Positions 39,667 through 52,000 of a stretch of 64,000 bases of DNA are shown here, in pieces (within the stretch, counting starts at the first letter, position 1; the number at the start of each line of letters is the position of its first letter). Source of the stretch: Schmidtea nova (taxonomy: Eukaryota); assembly GCA_044892505.1 (NCBI GenBank), contig JBJFYY010000085.1:1-64000 (forward strand), written 5' to 3'. The notes under the pieces were generated by a model. The model had not been told where the DNA came from. It saw only the letters and a program-made list of their open reading frames with translations, and ran no database searches. The translations under genes and the position numbers were made by a program.

Positions 39667-42580
39667 ATCAATATAGTCAATATATAGTATTATATATAGT
39701 CAATATTAAATAGTCTATATTTAGTCAATTTATAGTCAATATTATATTTAGTCAATATAATAAATATAGTCAATATATAATATTATATATAGTCAATATT
39801 ATATTTTCAATATTATATTTTCGATATTATATAGTCAATATTATATTTTCGATATTATATAGTCAATATTATTTGTCTGTTTTTTTACTTGTTTTTCAAA
39901 TTTCTTAGTTATCATATTATCATAGTTTTTCAAAAACTGGCAAAACCACTGGCAAAACCATTGGCAAACCCTCCATTCTTAATCCCTTAAAGCATTGAGG
40001 TCTAGCACTTTTTCCTGTAATCAGTAGCTTTCGATTGTCAGCACCTGACATTTGTACAGCATAACATAGTAATGCGGTCCATTGCCTTTGTATAACCAGA
40101 CAGTGCAATGTGTTTAGAGCACTAGGAACCATCTGACGTAGCACGATAATAGAGGCCGATTTCATCAGCATTGTAAATGTCATCAGCAGAAAAATTCTCT
40201 AAAATAGTAGGAATTTTCGTAGTTTTCCACTGTTCGGCACTTTCGTTGTCCGCACTTTGAAGAGAGAGTTAAATAGTACGTTAAATCGCTTAGAGGTAAA
40301 CGAGTGGAGCCGAAGCTGATGTATGGGATTCAGTTGATTGTGTGTTATCTTGTTTTTAGTGAAATCTTTCAAGGGTTCGTTATTGATGAGCTCGTAATAT
40401 GCGATCAATGCACTTTCTATACATCAAAACTGCGACCAATAGAGCTGTTTTTCTGTCGTATTGATAAAGGTGACCAGTTCTTCGGAATCGGTTTAATAGT
40501 TCAATGCACGGTTAAACATAATGTATTGGTAATTGTGATTGCGATTGGCTAATATTGATGATTGTCAATGCTGATTGCTTTCCATCGCGATAACCAACTA
40601 TCAGTAGCTTTGAAATCGTTGCGGCCCAGTTTTAGCTAACTTCTTTGACTTCGCTTCAATATTGGGCCGTTGATATTTACGCCTCTGCAACTAACAATAG
40701 AAAACCATTGATCTAGTGCTTCTTCACGTCTGGATCCTTTCCCTCGCGTTTTCTTTTTTTGATGTTCCTGCTTGTCATTCTTGTAATACCAATTCCTCAC
40801 GCGGTTGATTTTCTTGACGTAAGACAAGCGATGTGGTAGATTTTGGTACACCAGTTATCTCAGCGAGCCGACGATAGCTTGTATTAAGTGGATGGCTTTT
40901 TATTTTATCTAGTAAAGCAATTTTACTGGAAACTGTCAAATCATTTCTTGGCATTTTGTCAAGGGTCAAATTTCTGATAAATAAAATTGACAAAAAATAA
41001 GTTTAACTGAATAAATACGTGACAATTGAGACAGTAGGCTAGACTCTCACAGCTTTAATGATTGGCCCGGCTTGGCACCGATCATTAAAACTGACTACGT
41101 AAACATTAAGTGACACCTGATTAAAAACAACTCATCTGAATGAAAATTAAGGCAAATTCTTTGTAAATATTTTTTTCTTGAGAATATGTGTAACATAATA
41201 TGTACTGTGATCTTAAATTTACACTCCCAATTAAACATATAAATTTACTGTTGGTTCCTTGGTTTGATTTTTGTTCTTTAAGATTTGGCCCAATTAAGCG
41301 GAATCGACTGTATATAAGATAATATTTTCTATTTTGTTATTAGAAAAACTCTAATATTTGACTAATAAAGTATTTGATAATCAATGGTAATAAATAATTA
41401 ATAATCAATGAAAATATATATAATTAATAATCAATAATAATAAATAATTAATAGTCAATGATAATAGATAATCAATGATAATTAATAATCAATAATAATC
41501 AATAATTAAAAATCAATGATAATAGATAATCAGTAATAACAAATAATTATTGATAATAGTTAATTAATAATCAATGATAATAGATAACTAATAATCAACG
41601 ATAATAAATAATTAATAGTCAATGATAATAAATAATCAATTATAATAAATAATTAATAATCAGTAATAATAAATAATCAATGATAATAGATAACCAATAA
41701 CCAATAATAATAAATAATTTATAATTAATAATCAACGATAATAAATAATTTATAATAAATAATTAATAATCAATGATAAAAGTAAATTAAAAGTCAATGA
41801 TAATAGATAATCAATGATAATTAATAATCAATGATAATAGTTAATTAATAATCGACGATAATAAATTAATAATAAATAATTAGTAATCAATTATACTAGA
41901 TAATTAATAATCAATGATAACAAATAATTAATAGTCAATGATAATAAATAATAAATAGTCAATTATAATAAATAATTAATAATCAGTAATAACAAATAAT
42001 CAATGATAATAGATAATCAATAACCAATGATAATAAATAATTTATAATTAGTAATCAATTATACTAGATAATTAATAATCAATGATAATAAATAATTAAT
42101 TATGAATTATAATAAATAATTAATAATCAGTAATAACAAATAATTTATGATAAAATATAATTAATAATCAATGATAATAAATAATTTATGATAATATATA
42201 ATTAATAATCAATGATAATAAATGATGATAATAGATAATTAATAATCATTAAAATATATAACGAAAAAAAAGTTCAATAAAGCAAATTCAACACTCACTT
42301 TGGGAATCATTTGCATGAGCTTGGCAATGTCATTAGCCAACATATCGTCTACAGTGTCGATTAATTTCTGCTTCAGTGTTGGAAAGGCTTTGAAATCGTG
42401 ATCTGGTAACAGATTTTGCATTCGCTCTATTTTCGGAAAGTCACCAGGCGAAATACTGTGCTGACGAGAAATCCTGTCGTATATTCCTTGGAGGTTTTGA
42501 ATTAATTCTTTCTTTTTATTATCTTTTCCAATTAAAGCGGGCATTTCATCACGTAGAGCGCTGATAATGTAAGCATGTAC
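32954..42580 (-). CDS. EHD1: EH domain-containing protein (EHD1/RME-1/Past1 family); last three exons only
   Basis: Exons 42580-42299 (VHAYIISALRDEMP...ISPGDFP...DDMLANDIAKLM), 33443-33285 (VKGGAFE...EWAVAKYKNEFDE) and 33235-32954 (HPVNGKI...[33 protein letters not shown]...LIPPAKR, TAA). All phase 0, GT-AG; introns 8855 and 49 nt. The EHD paralogue cannot be assigned. GTPase-domain exons were not found in the window. Confidence 0.93.
33561..33802. mobile_element. piggyBac-like MITE
   Basis: TTAA flanks; CCC...GGG ends with an imperfect 12-bp TIR; two copies of the 16-bp palindrome GTTGCCATATGGCAAC (33577-33592, 33656-33671). Confidence 0.55.
33845..34300. mobile_element. Penelope-like 3' fragments in inverted arrangement
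   Basis: 33845-34000 on the minus strand and 34030-34290 on the plus strand both match the 8005-8290 element (TTTTGAATGTTTTTAAATAG...AATTGAATGATGA). The plus copy ends TTCCTGGATACCTGAAGATA. Confidence 0.65.
34560..34954 (+). mobile_element. Decayed Tigger/pogo fragment
   Basis: KMFTMMEKVKLLDLIKDGK resembles a CENP-B N-terminal HTH; Tigger-type right end CGCGATAAACGAGGGATAACAG followed by TA. Left end not resolved. Confidence 0.55.
35334..36035 (-). mobile_element. Internally deleted hAT element (ZMYM1-like transposase ends)
   Basis: TIR CAGGGCAAGATTTACA vs CAGGGCTGGATTTACA; decayed 8-bp TSD GTGGATAC/GACGATAC. The minus strand keeps an N-terminus (MGRSFLRTYESGAAKRKKK) and a hAT dimerisation-type C-terminus (KRLNNFALLSS...IDFDSLVNDCVDEK). 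Confidence 0.72.
36609..38399 (+). mobile_element. mariner (DD34D) transposon, frameshifted, inserted in the Tigger
   Basis: 29-bp TIR CGTGGTGCGCCCA(G/A)TAAGTC(T/G)TGAGACTA with TA TSD. Transposase QYRSVIRFLF...RSGRPS (37288-37498), FVPRFLT, TVDET, HDNAP and YSPDLAPSDF across frameshifts. Confidence 0.93.
36745..37280 (+). mobile_element. 3' fragment of a NeSL/R2-like non-LTR retrotransposon (REL endonuclease) inside the mariner 5' end
   Basis: LRPDIIIRK...ILDIKCPFD...CSLGTW is the PD-(D/E)xK RLE motif; stop at 37172; AATAAA near 37271. Boundaries approximate. Confidence 0.8.
39222..39880. repeat. TA-rich low-complexity array (TATATAGTCAATAT units) interrupting the Tigger ORF
   Basis: Read directly. 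Confidence 0.9.
41390..42240. repeat. AT-rich degenerate minisatellite (AATAATCAATGATAAT-type)
   Basis: Read directly in the EHD intron. Confidence 0.88.
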
Positions 42581-43037
42581 CTGTTATTGAAATTTGTATA
42601 AATAATATAAGGAGAAACAGTTGTGATTAAATAAAAAAAGAGAGGAAACCAAACCAAAGCAATAGAAAGTTGAAAATGTAAGTAGAAGGATATGTCCGGT
42701 TTAAATCACTAAAAGTTATCGCGCGTTTTTTGATGCCATTTTGAATTTGTGTTTTGATTTATTTTTGGATTTTTGTTTAATTTTTATTTATTATATATTT
42801 TTATTAATCAGTTATTTATTTTTATATATTATTAATTTACTTTTGTCAGTATAATTTATTATTGTTATTTTTGTTTTATGAACGCCTTCAATGATAAATG
42901 TTCAATGAAAACACTCATCAAAATATTATAAACATTCAACAAAATGAGACAATTCTGCACAACATAAAATTACATGGTCAAATACGATAAATATTAAACT
43001 AAATATTTATTACTTATTTTATTATTTATTTTATTAC

Positions 43038-46000
43038 TTATTTTATTTTATTATTATTATTCTTAATCTTTCCATCATTCTTTGGGATGACCAGTGCGTT
43101 GTGGAATGTAAATTTGGATGGAAATAGGTTCGGAAAATCTTGCTTAGATGTAGGATCTTCTACTTTTTCAAAGATTTTCTTTTCATCATTTCTTGGGAAT
43201 TCCAGTGCCTTGTGAAATGTAAATTTGTAAGGAAATGGGTTCGGAAAATCTTGCTTAGATGTAGGATCTTCTACTTTTTCAAAGAATTTCTTTCCATCAT
43301 TCTTTGGGATGACCGGTGCGTTGTGAAATGTAAATTTGAATGGAAATAGGTTCGGAAAATCTTGCTTAGATGTAGGATCTTCTACTTTTTCAAAGATTTT
43401 CTTTTCATCATTTCTTGGGAATTCCAGTGCCTTGTGAAATGTAAATTTGTAAGGAAATGGGTTCGGAAAATCTTGCTTAGATGTAGGATCTTCTACTTTT
43501 TCAAAGATTTTCTTTTCATCATTTCTTGGGAATTCCAGTGCCTTGTGAAATGTAAATTTGTAAGGAAATGGGTTCGGAAAATCTTGCTTAGATGTAGGAT
43601 CTTCTACTTTTTCAAAGATTTTCTTTTCATCATTTCTTGGGAATTCCAGTGCCTTGTGAAATGTAAATTTGTAAGGAAATGGGTTCGGAAAATCTTGCTT
43701 AGATGTAGGATCTTCTACTTTTTCAAAGAATTTCTTTCCATCATTCTTTGGGATGACCGGTGCGTTGTGAAATGTAAATTTGAATGGAAATAGGTTCGGA
43801 AAATCTTGCTTAGATGTAGGATCTTCTACTTTTTCAAAGATTTTCTTTTCATCATTTCTTGGGAATTCCAGTGCCTTGTGAAATGTAAATTTGTAAGGAA
43901 ATGGGTTCGGAAAATCTTGCTTAGATGTAGGATCTTCTACTTTTTCAAAGATTTTCTTTCCATCATTCTTTGGGATGACCGGTGCGTTGTGAAATGTAAA
44001 TTTGTATGGAAATAGAACCAGAAAATCTTGCTTAGATGTAGGATCTTCTACCTTTTCAAAGATTTTCTTTCCATCATTCTTTGGGATGACCGGTGCGTTG
44101 TGGAATGTAAATTTGGATGGAAATAGGTTCGAAAAATCTTGCTTAGATGTAGGATCTTCTACTTTTTCAAAGATTTTCTTTTCGTCATTTCTTGGGAATT
44201 CCAGTGCCTTGTGAAATGTAAATTTGTAAGGAAATGGGTTCGGAAAATCTTGTTTAGATGTAGGATCTTCTACTTTTTCAAAGATTTTCTTTCCATCATT
44301 CTTTGGGATGACCGGTGCGTTGTGGAATGTAAATTTGGATGGAAATAGGTTCGAAAAATCTTGCTTAGATGTAGGATCTTCTACTTTTTCAAAGATTTTC
44401 TTTTCATCATTTCTTGGGAATTCCAGTGCCTTGTGAAATGTAAATTTGTAAGGAAATGGGTTCGGAAAATCTTGCTTAGATGTAGGATCTTCTACTTTTT
44501 CAAAGATTTTCTTTTCATCATTTCTTGGGATGACCGGTGCATTGTGAAATGTAAATTTATAAGGAAATGGGTTCGGAAAATCTTGCTTAGATGTAGGATC
44601 TTCTACTTTTTCAAAGAATTTCTTTCCATCATTCTTTGGGATGACCGGTGCGTTGTGAAATGTAAATTTGAATGGAAATAGGTTCGGAAAATCTTGCTTA
44701 GATGTAGGATCTTCTACTTTTTCAAAGATTTTCTTTTCATCATTTCTTGGGAATTCCAGTGCCTTGTGAAATGTAAATTTGTAAGGAAATGGGTTCGGAA
44801 AATCTTGCTTAGATGTAGGATCTTCTACTTTTTCAAAGATTTTCTTTCCATCATTCTTTGGGATGACCGGTGCGTTGTGGAATGTAAATTTGGATGGAAA
44901 TAGGTTCGAAAAATCTTGCTTAGATGTAGGATCTTCTACTTTTTCAAAGATTTTCTTTTCATCATTTCTTGGGAATTCCAGTGCCTTGTGAAATGTAAAT
45001 TTGTAAGGAAATGGGTTCGGAAAATCTTGCTTAGATGTAGGATCTTCTACTTTTTCAAAGATTTTCTTTTCATCATTTCTTGGGATGACCGGTGCATTGT
45101 GAAATGTAAATTTATAAGGAAATGGGTTCGGAAAATCTTGCTTAGATGTAGGATCTTCTACTTTTTCAAAGAATTTCTTTCCATCATTCTTTGGGATGAC
45201 CGGTGCGTTGTGAAATGTAAATTTGAATGGAAATAGGTTCGGAAAATCTTGCTTAGATGTAGGATCTTCTACTTTTTCAAAGATTTTCTTTTCATCATTT
45301 CTTGGGAATTCCAGTGCCTTGTGAAATGTAAATTTGTAAGGAAATGGGTTCGGAAAATCTTGCTTAGATGTAGGATCTTCTACTTTTTCAAAGATTTTCT
45401 TTCCATCATTCTTTGGGATGACCGGTGCGTTGTGAAATGTAAATTTGTATGGAAATAGAACCAGAAAATCTTGCTTAGATGTAGGATCTTCTACCTTTTC
45501 AAAGATTTTCTTTCCATCATTCTTTGGGATGACCGGTGCGTTGTGGAATGTAAATTTGGATGGAAATAGGTTCGAAAAATCTTGCTTAGATGTAGGATCT
45601 TCTACTTTTTCAAAGATTTTCTTTTCGTCATTTCTTGGGAATTCCAGTGCCTTGTGAAATGTAAATTTGTAAGGAAATGGGTTCGGAAAATCTTGTTTAG
45701 ATGTAGGATCTTCTACTTTTTCAAAGATTTTCTTTCCATCATTCTTTGGCATGACCGGTGCCTTGTGGAATGTAAATTTGGATGGAAATAGGTTCGAAAA
45801 ATCTTGCTTAGATGTAGGATCTTCTACTTTTTCAAAGACTTTCTTTTCATCATTTCTTGGGAATTCCAGTGCCTTGTGAAATGTAAATTTGTAAGGAAAT
45901 GGGTTCGGAAAATCTTGCTTAGATGTAGGATCTTCTACTTTTTCAAAGATTTTCTTTCCATCATTCTTTGGGATGACCGGTGCGTTGTGAAATGTAAATT

Positions 46001-49000
46001 TGTATGGAAATAGAACCGGAAAATCTTGCTTAGATGTAGGATCTTCTACCTTTTCAAAGATTTTCTTTCCATCATTCTTTGGGATGACCGGTGCGTTTTG
46101 GAATGGAAATTTGGATGGAAATAGGTTCGGAAAATCTTGCTTAGATGTAGGATCTACTTTTTCAAAGATTTTCTTTTCATCATTTCTTGGGAATTCCAGT
46201 GCCTTGTGAAATGTAAATTTGTAAGGAAATGGGTTCGGAAAATCTTGCTTAGATGTAGGATCTTCTACTTTTTCAAAGATTTTCTTTCCATCATTCTTTG
46301 GGATGACCGGTGCGTTGTGAAATGTAAATTTGTATGGAAATAGAACCGGAAAATCTTGCTTAGATGTAGGATCTTCTACTTTTTCAAAGATTTTCTTTTC
46401 GTCATTTCTTGGGAATTCCAGTGCCTTGTGAAATGTAAATTTGTAAGGAAATGGGTTCGGAAAATCTTGTTTAGATGTAGGATCTTCTACTTTTTCAAAG
46501 ATTTTCTTTCCATCATTCTTTGGGATGACCGGTGCGTTGTGGAATGTAAATTTGGATGGAAATAGGTTCGAAAAATCTTGCTTAGATGTAGGATCTTCTA
46601 CTTTTTCAAAGATTTTCTTTTCATCATTTCTTGGGAATTCCAGTGCCTTGTGAAATGTAAATTTGTAAGGAAATGGGTTCGGAAAATCTTGCTTAGATGT
46701 AGGATCTTCTACTTTTTCAAAGATTTTCTTTCCATCATTCTTTGGGATGACCGGTGCGTTGTGAAATGTAAATTTGTATGGAAATAGAACCGGAAAATCT
46801 TGCTTAGATGTAGGATCTTCTACCTTTTCAAAGATTTTCTTTCCATCATTCTTTGGGATGACCGGTGCGTTTTGGAATGGAAATTTGGATGGAAATAGGT
46901 TCGGAAAATCTTGCTTAGATGTAGGATCTACTTTTTCAAAGATTTTCTTTTCATCATTTCTTGGGAATTCCAGTGCCTTGTGAAATGTAAATTTGTAAGG
47001 AAATAGGTTCGGAAAATCTTGCTTAGATGTAGGATCTTCTACTTTTTCAAAGATTTTCTTTCCATCATTCTTTGGGATGACCGGTGCGTTGTGAAATGTA
47101 AATTTGTATGGAAATAGAACCGGAAAATCTTGCTTAGATGTAGGATCTTCTACCTTTTCAAAGATTTTCTTTCCATCATTCTTTGGGATGACCGGTGCGT
47201 TGTGGAATGGAAATTTGGATGGAAATAGGTTCGGAAAATCTTGCTTAGATGTAGGATCTTCTACTTTTTCAAAGATTTTCTTTTCATCATTTCTTGGGAA
47301 TTCCAGTGCCTTGTGAAATGTAAATTTGTAAGGAAATGGGTTCGGAAAATCTTGCTTAGATGTAGGATCTTCTACTTTTTCAAAGATTTTCTTTCCATCA
47401 TTCTTTGGGATGACCGGTGCGTTGTGAAATGTAAATTTGTATGGAAATAGAACCGGAAAATCTTGCTTAGATGTAGGATCTTCTACCTTTTCAAAGATTT
47501 TCTTTCCATCATTCTTTGGGATGACCGGTGCGTTGTGGAATGTAAATTTGGATGGAAATAGGTTCGGAAAATCTTGCTTAGATGTAGGATCTTCTACTTT
47601 TTCAAAGATTTTCTTTTCATCATTTCTTGGGAATTCCAGTGCCTTGTGAAATGTAAATTTGTAAGGAAATGGGTTCGGAAAATCTTGCTTAGATGTAGGA
47701 TCTTCTACTTTTTCAAAGATTTTCTTTCCATCATTCTTTGGGATGACCGGTGCGTTGTGGAATGTAAATTTGGATGGAAATAGGTTCGAAAAATCTTGCT
47801 TAGATGTAGGATCTTCTACTTTTTCAAAGATTTTCTTTTCATCATTTCTTGGGAATTCCAGTGCCTTGTGAAATGTAAATTTGTAAGGAAATGGGTTCGG
47901 AAAATCTTGCTTAGATGTAGGATCTTCTACTTTTTCAAAGATTTTCTTTCCATCATTTCTTGGGATGACCGGTGCATTGTGAAATGTAAATTTATAAGGA
48001 AATGGGTTCGGAAAATCTTGCTTAGATGTAGGATCTTCTACTTTTTCAAAGAATTTCTTTCCATCATTCTTTGGGATGACCGGTGCGTTGTGAAATGTAA
48101 ATTTGAATGGAAATAGGTTCGGAAAATCTTGCTTAGATGTAGGATCTTCTACTTTTTCAAAGATTTTCTTTTCATCATTTCTTGGGAATTCCAGTGCCTT
48201 GTGAAATGTAAATTTGTAAGGAAATGGGTTCGGAAAATCTTGCTTAGATGTAGGATCTTCTACTTTTTCAAAGATTTTCTTTCCATCATTCTTTGGGATG
48301 ACCGGTGCGTTGTGAAATGTAAATTTGTATGGAAATAGAACCAGAAAATCTTGCTTAGATGTAGGATCTTCTACCTTTTCAAAGATTTTCTTTCCATCAT
48401 TCTTTGGGATGACCGGTGCGTTGTGGAATGTAAATTTGGATGGAAATAGGTTCGAAAAATCTTGCTTAGATGTAGGATCTTCTACTTTTTCAAAGATTTT
48501 CTTTTCGTCATTTCTTGGGAATTCCAGTGCCTTGTGAAATGTAAATTTGTAAGGAAATGGGTTCGGAAAATCTTGTTTAGATGTAGGATCTTCTACTTTT
48601 TCAAAGATTTTCTTTCCATCATTCTTTGGGATGACCGGTGCGTTGTGGAATGTAAATTTGGATGGAAATAGGTTCGAAAAATCTTGCTTAGATGTAGGAT
48701 CTTCTACTTTTTCAAAGATTTTCTTTTCATCATTTCTTGGGAATTCCAGTGCCTTGTGAAATGTAAATTTGTAAGGAAATGGGTTCGGAAAATCTTGCTT
48801 AGATGTAGGATCTTCTACTTTTTCAAAGATTTTCTTTCCATCATTCTTTGGGATGACCGGTGCGTTGTGAAATGTAAATTTGTATGGAAATAGAACCGGA
48901 AAATCTTGCTTAGATGTAGGATCTTCTACCTTTTCAAAGATTTTCTTTCCATCATTCTTTGGGATGACCGGTGCGTTTTGGAATGGAAATTTGGATGGAA

Positions 49001-52000
49001 ATAGGTTCGGAAAATCTTGCTTAGATGTAGGATCTACTTTTTCAAAGATTTTCTTTTCATCATTTCTTGGGAATTCCAGTGCCTTGTGAAATGTAAATTT
49101 GTAAGGAAATAGGTTCGGAAAATCTTGCTTAGATGTAGGATCTTCTACTTTTTCAAAGATTTTCTTTCCATCATTCTTTGGGATGACCGGTGCGTTGTGA
49201 AATGTAAATTTGTATGGAAATAGAACCGGAAAATCTTGCTTAGATGTAGGATCTTCTACCTTTTCAAAGATTTTCTTTCCATCATTCTTTGGGATGACCG
49301 GTGCGTTGTGGAATGGAAATTTGGATGGAAATAGGTTCGGAAAATCTTGCTTAGATGTAGGATCTTCTACTTTTTCAAAGATTTTCTTTTCATCATTTCT
49401 TGGGAATTCCAGTGCCTTGTGAAATGTAAATTTGTAAGGAAATGGGTTCGGAAAATCTTGCTTAGATGTAGGATCTTCTACTTTTTCAAAGATTTTCTTT
49501 CCATCATTCTTTGGGATGACCGGTGCGTTGTGAAATGTAAATTTGTATGGAAATAGAACCGGAAAATCTTGCTTAGATGTAGGATCTTCTACCTTTTCAA
49601 AGATTTTCTTTCCATCATTCTTTGGGATGACCGGTGCGTTGTGGAATGTAAATTTGGATGGAAATAGGTTCGGAAAATCTTGCTTAGATGTAGGATCTTC
49701 TACTTTTTCAAAGATTTTCTTTTCATCATTTCTTGGGAATTCCAGTGCCTTGTGAAATGTAAATTTGTAAGGAAATGGGTTCGGAAAATCTTGCTTAGAT
49801 GTAGGATCTTCTACTTTTTCAAAGATTTTCTTTTCATCATTTCTTGGGATGACCGGTGCATTGTGAAATGTAAATTTATAAGGAAATGGGTTCGGAAAAT
49901 CTTGCTTAGATGTAGGATCTTCTACTTTTTCAAAGAATTTCTTTCCATCATTCTTTGGGATGACCGGTGCGTTGTGAAATGTAAATTTGAATGGAAATAG
50001 GTTCGGAAAATCTTGCTTAGATGTAGGATCTTCTACTTTTTCAAAGATTTTCTTTTCATCATTTCTTGGGAATTCCAGTGCCTTGTGAAATGTAAATTTG
50101 TAAGGAAATGGGTTCGGAAAATCTTGCTTAGATGTAGGATCTTCTACTTTTTCAAAGATTTTCTTTCCATCATTCTTTGGGATGACCGGTGCGTTGTGAA
50201 ATGTAAATTTGTATGGAAATAGAACCAGAAAATCTTGCTTAGATGTAGGATCTTCTACCTTTTCAAAGATTTTCTTTCCATCATTCTTTGGGATGACCGG
50301 TGCGTTGTGGAATGTAAATTTGTATGGAAATAGAACCGGAAAATCTTGCTTAGATGTAGGATCTTCTACCTTTTCAAAGATTTTCTTTCCATCATTCTTT
50401 GGGATGACCGGTGCGTTGTGGAATGGAAATTTGGATGGAAATAGGTTCGGAAAATCTTGCTTAGATGTAGGATCTACTTTTTCAAAGATTTTCTTTTCAT
50501 CATTTCTTGGGAATTCCAGTGCCTTGTGAAATGTAAATTTGTAAGGAAATAGGTTCGGAAAATCTTGCTTAGATGTAGGATCTTCTACTTTTTCAAAGAT
50601 TTTCTTTCCATCATTCTTTGGGATGACCGGTGCGTTGTGAAATGTAAATTTGTATGGAAATAGAACCGGAAAATCTTGCTTAGATGTAGGATCTTCTACC
50701 TTTTCAAAGATTTTCTTTCCATCATTCTTTGGGATGACCGGTGCGTTGTGGAATGGAAATTTGGATGGAAATAGGTTCGGAAAATCTTGCTTAGATGTAG
50801 GATCTTCTACTTTTTCAAAGATTTTCTTTTCATCATTTCTTGGGAATTCCAGTGCCTTGTGAAATGTAAATTTGTAAGGAAATGGGTTCGGAAAATCTTG
50901 CTTAGATGTAGGATCTTCTACTTTTTCAAAGATTTTCTTTCCATCATTCTTTGGGATGACCGGTGCGTTGTGAAATGTAAATTTGTATGGAAATAGAACC
51001 GGAAAATCTTGCTTAGATGTAGGATCTTCTACCTTTTCAAAGATTTTCTTTCCATCATTCTTTGGGATGACCGGTGCGTTGTGGAATGTAAATTTGGATG
51101 GAAATAGGTTCGGAAAATCTTGCTTAGATGTAGGATCTTCTACTTTTTCAAAGATTTTCTTTTCATCATTTCTTGGGAATTCCAGTGCCTTGTGAAATGT
51201 AAATTTGTAAGGAAATGGGTTCGGAAAATCTTGCTTAGATGTAGGATCTTCTACTTTTTCAAAGATTTTCTTTCCATCATTCTTTGGGATGACCGGTGCG
51301 TTGTGAAATGTAAATTTGGATGGAAATAGGTTCGGAAAATCTTGCTTAGATGTAGGATCTACTTTTTCAAAGATTTTCTTTTCATCATTTCTTGGGAATT
51401 CCAGTGCCTTGTGAAATGTAAATTTGTAAGGAAATAGGTTCGGAAAATCTTGCTTAGATGTAGGATCTTCTACTTTTTCAAAGATTTTCTTTTCATCATT
51501 TCTTGGGAATTCCAGTGCCTTGTGAAATGTAAATTTGTAAGGAAATGGGTTCGGAAAATCTTGCTTAGATGTAGGATCTTCTACTTTTTCAAAGATTTTC
51601 TTTCCATCATTCTTTGGGATGACCGGTGCGTTGTGAAATGTAAATTTGTATGGAAATAGAACCGGAAAATCTTGCTTAGATGTAGGATCTTCTACCTTTT
51701 CAAAGATTTTCTTTCCATCATTCTTTGGGATGACCGGTGCGTTGTGGAATGTAAATTTGGATGGAAATAGGTTCGAAAAATGTTGCTTAGATGTAGGATC
51801 TTCTACTTTTTCAAAGATTTTCTTTTCGTCATTTCTTGGGAATTCCAGTGCCTTGTGAAATGTAAATTTGTAAGGAAATGGGTTCGGAAAATCTTGTTTA
51901 GATGTAGGATCTTCTACTTTTTCAAAGATTTTCTTTCCATCATTCTTTGGGATGACCGGTGCGTTGTGGAATGTAAATTTGGATGGAAATAGGTTCGGAA

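Larger units (their letters stand above)
36451..41310 (-). mobile_element. Tigger/pogo (CENP-B-like DDE_1) transposon, degenerate, with nested insertions
   Basis: TIR CAGTCGATTCCGCTTAATTGGG ends at 41310 followed by TA; the left copy TTCCGCTTAATTGGG at 36451 has lost its tip to a (TA)n tract. Broken ORF from ATG 40954: HTH (EEALDQWFSIV...INGPILK), YNADE, LLVDNC, FLPPNTTSLVQPMDMGVIK; stops and frameshifts. Confidence 0.88.
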
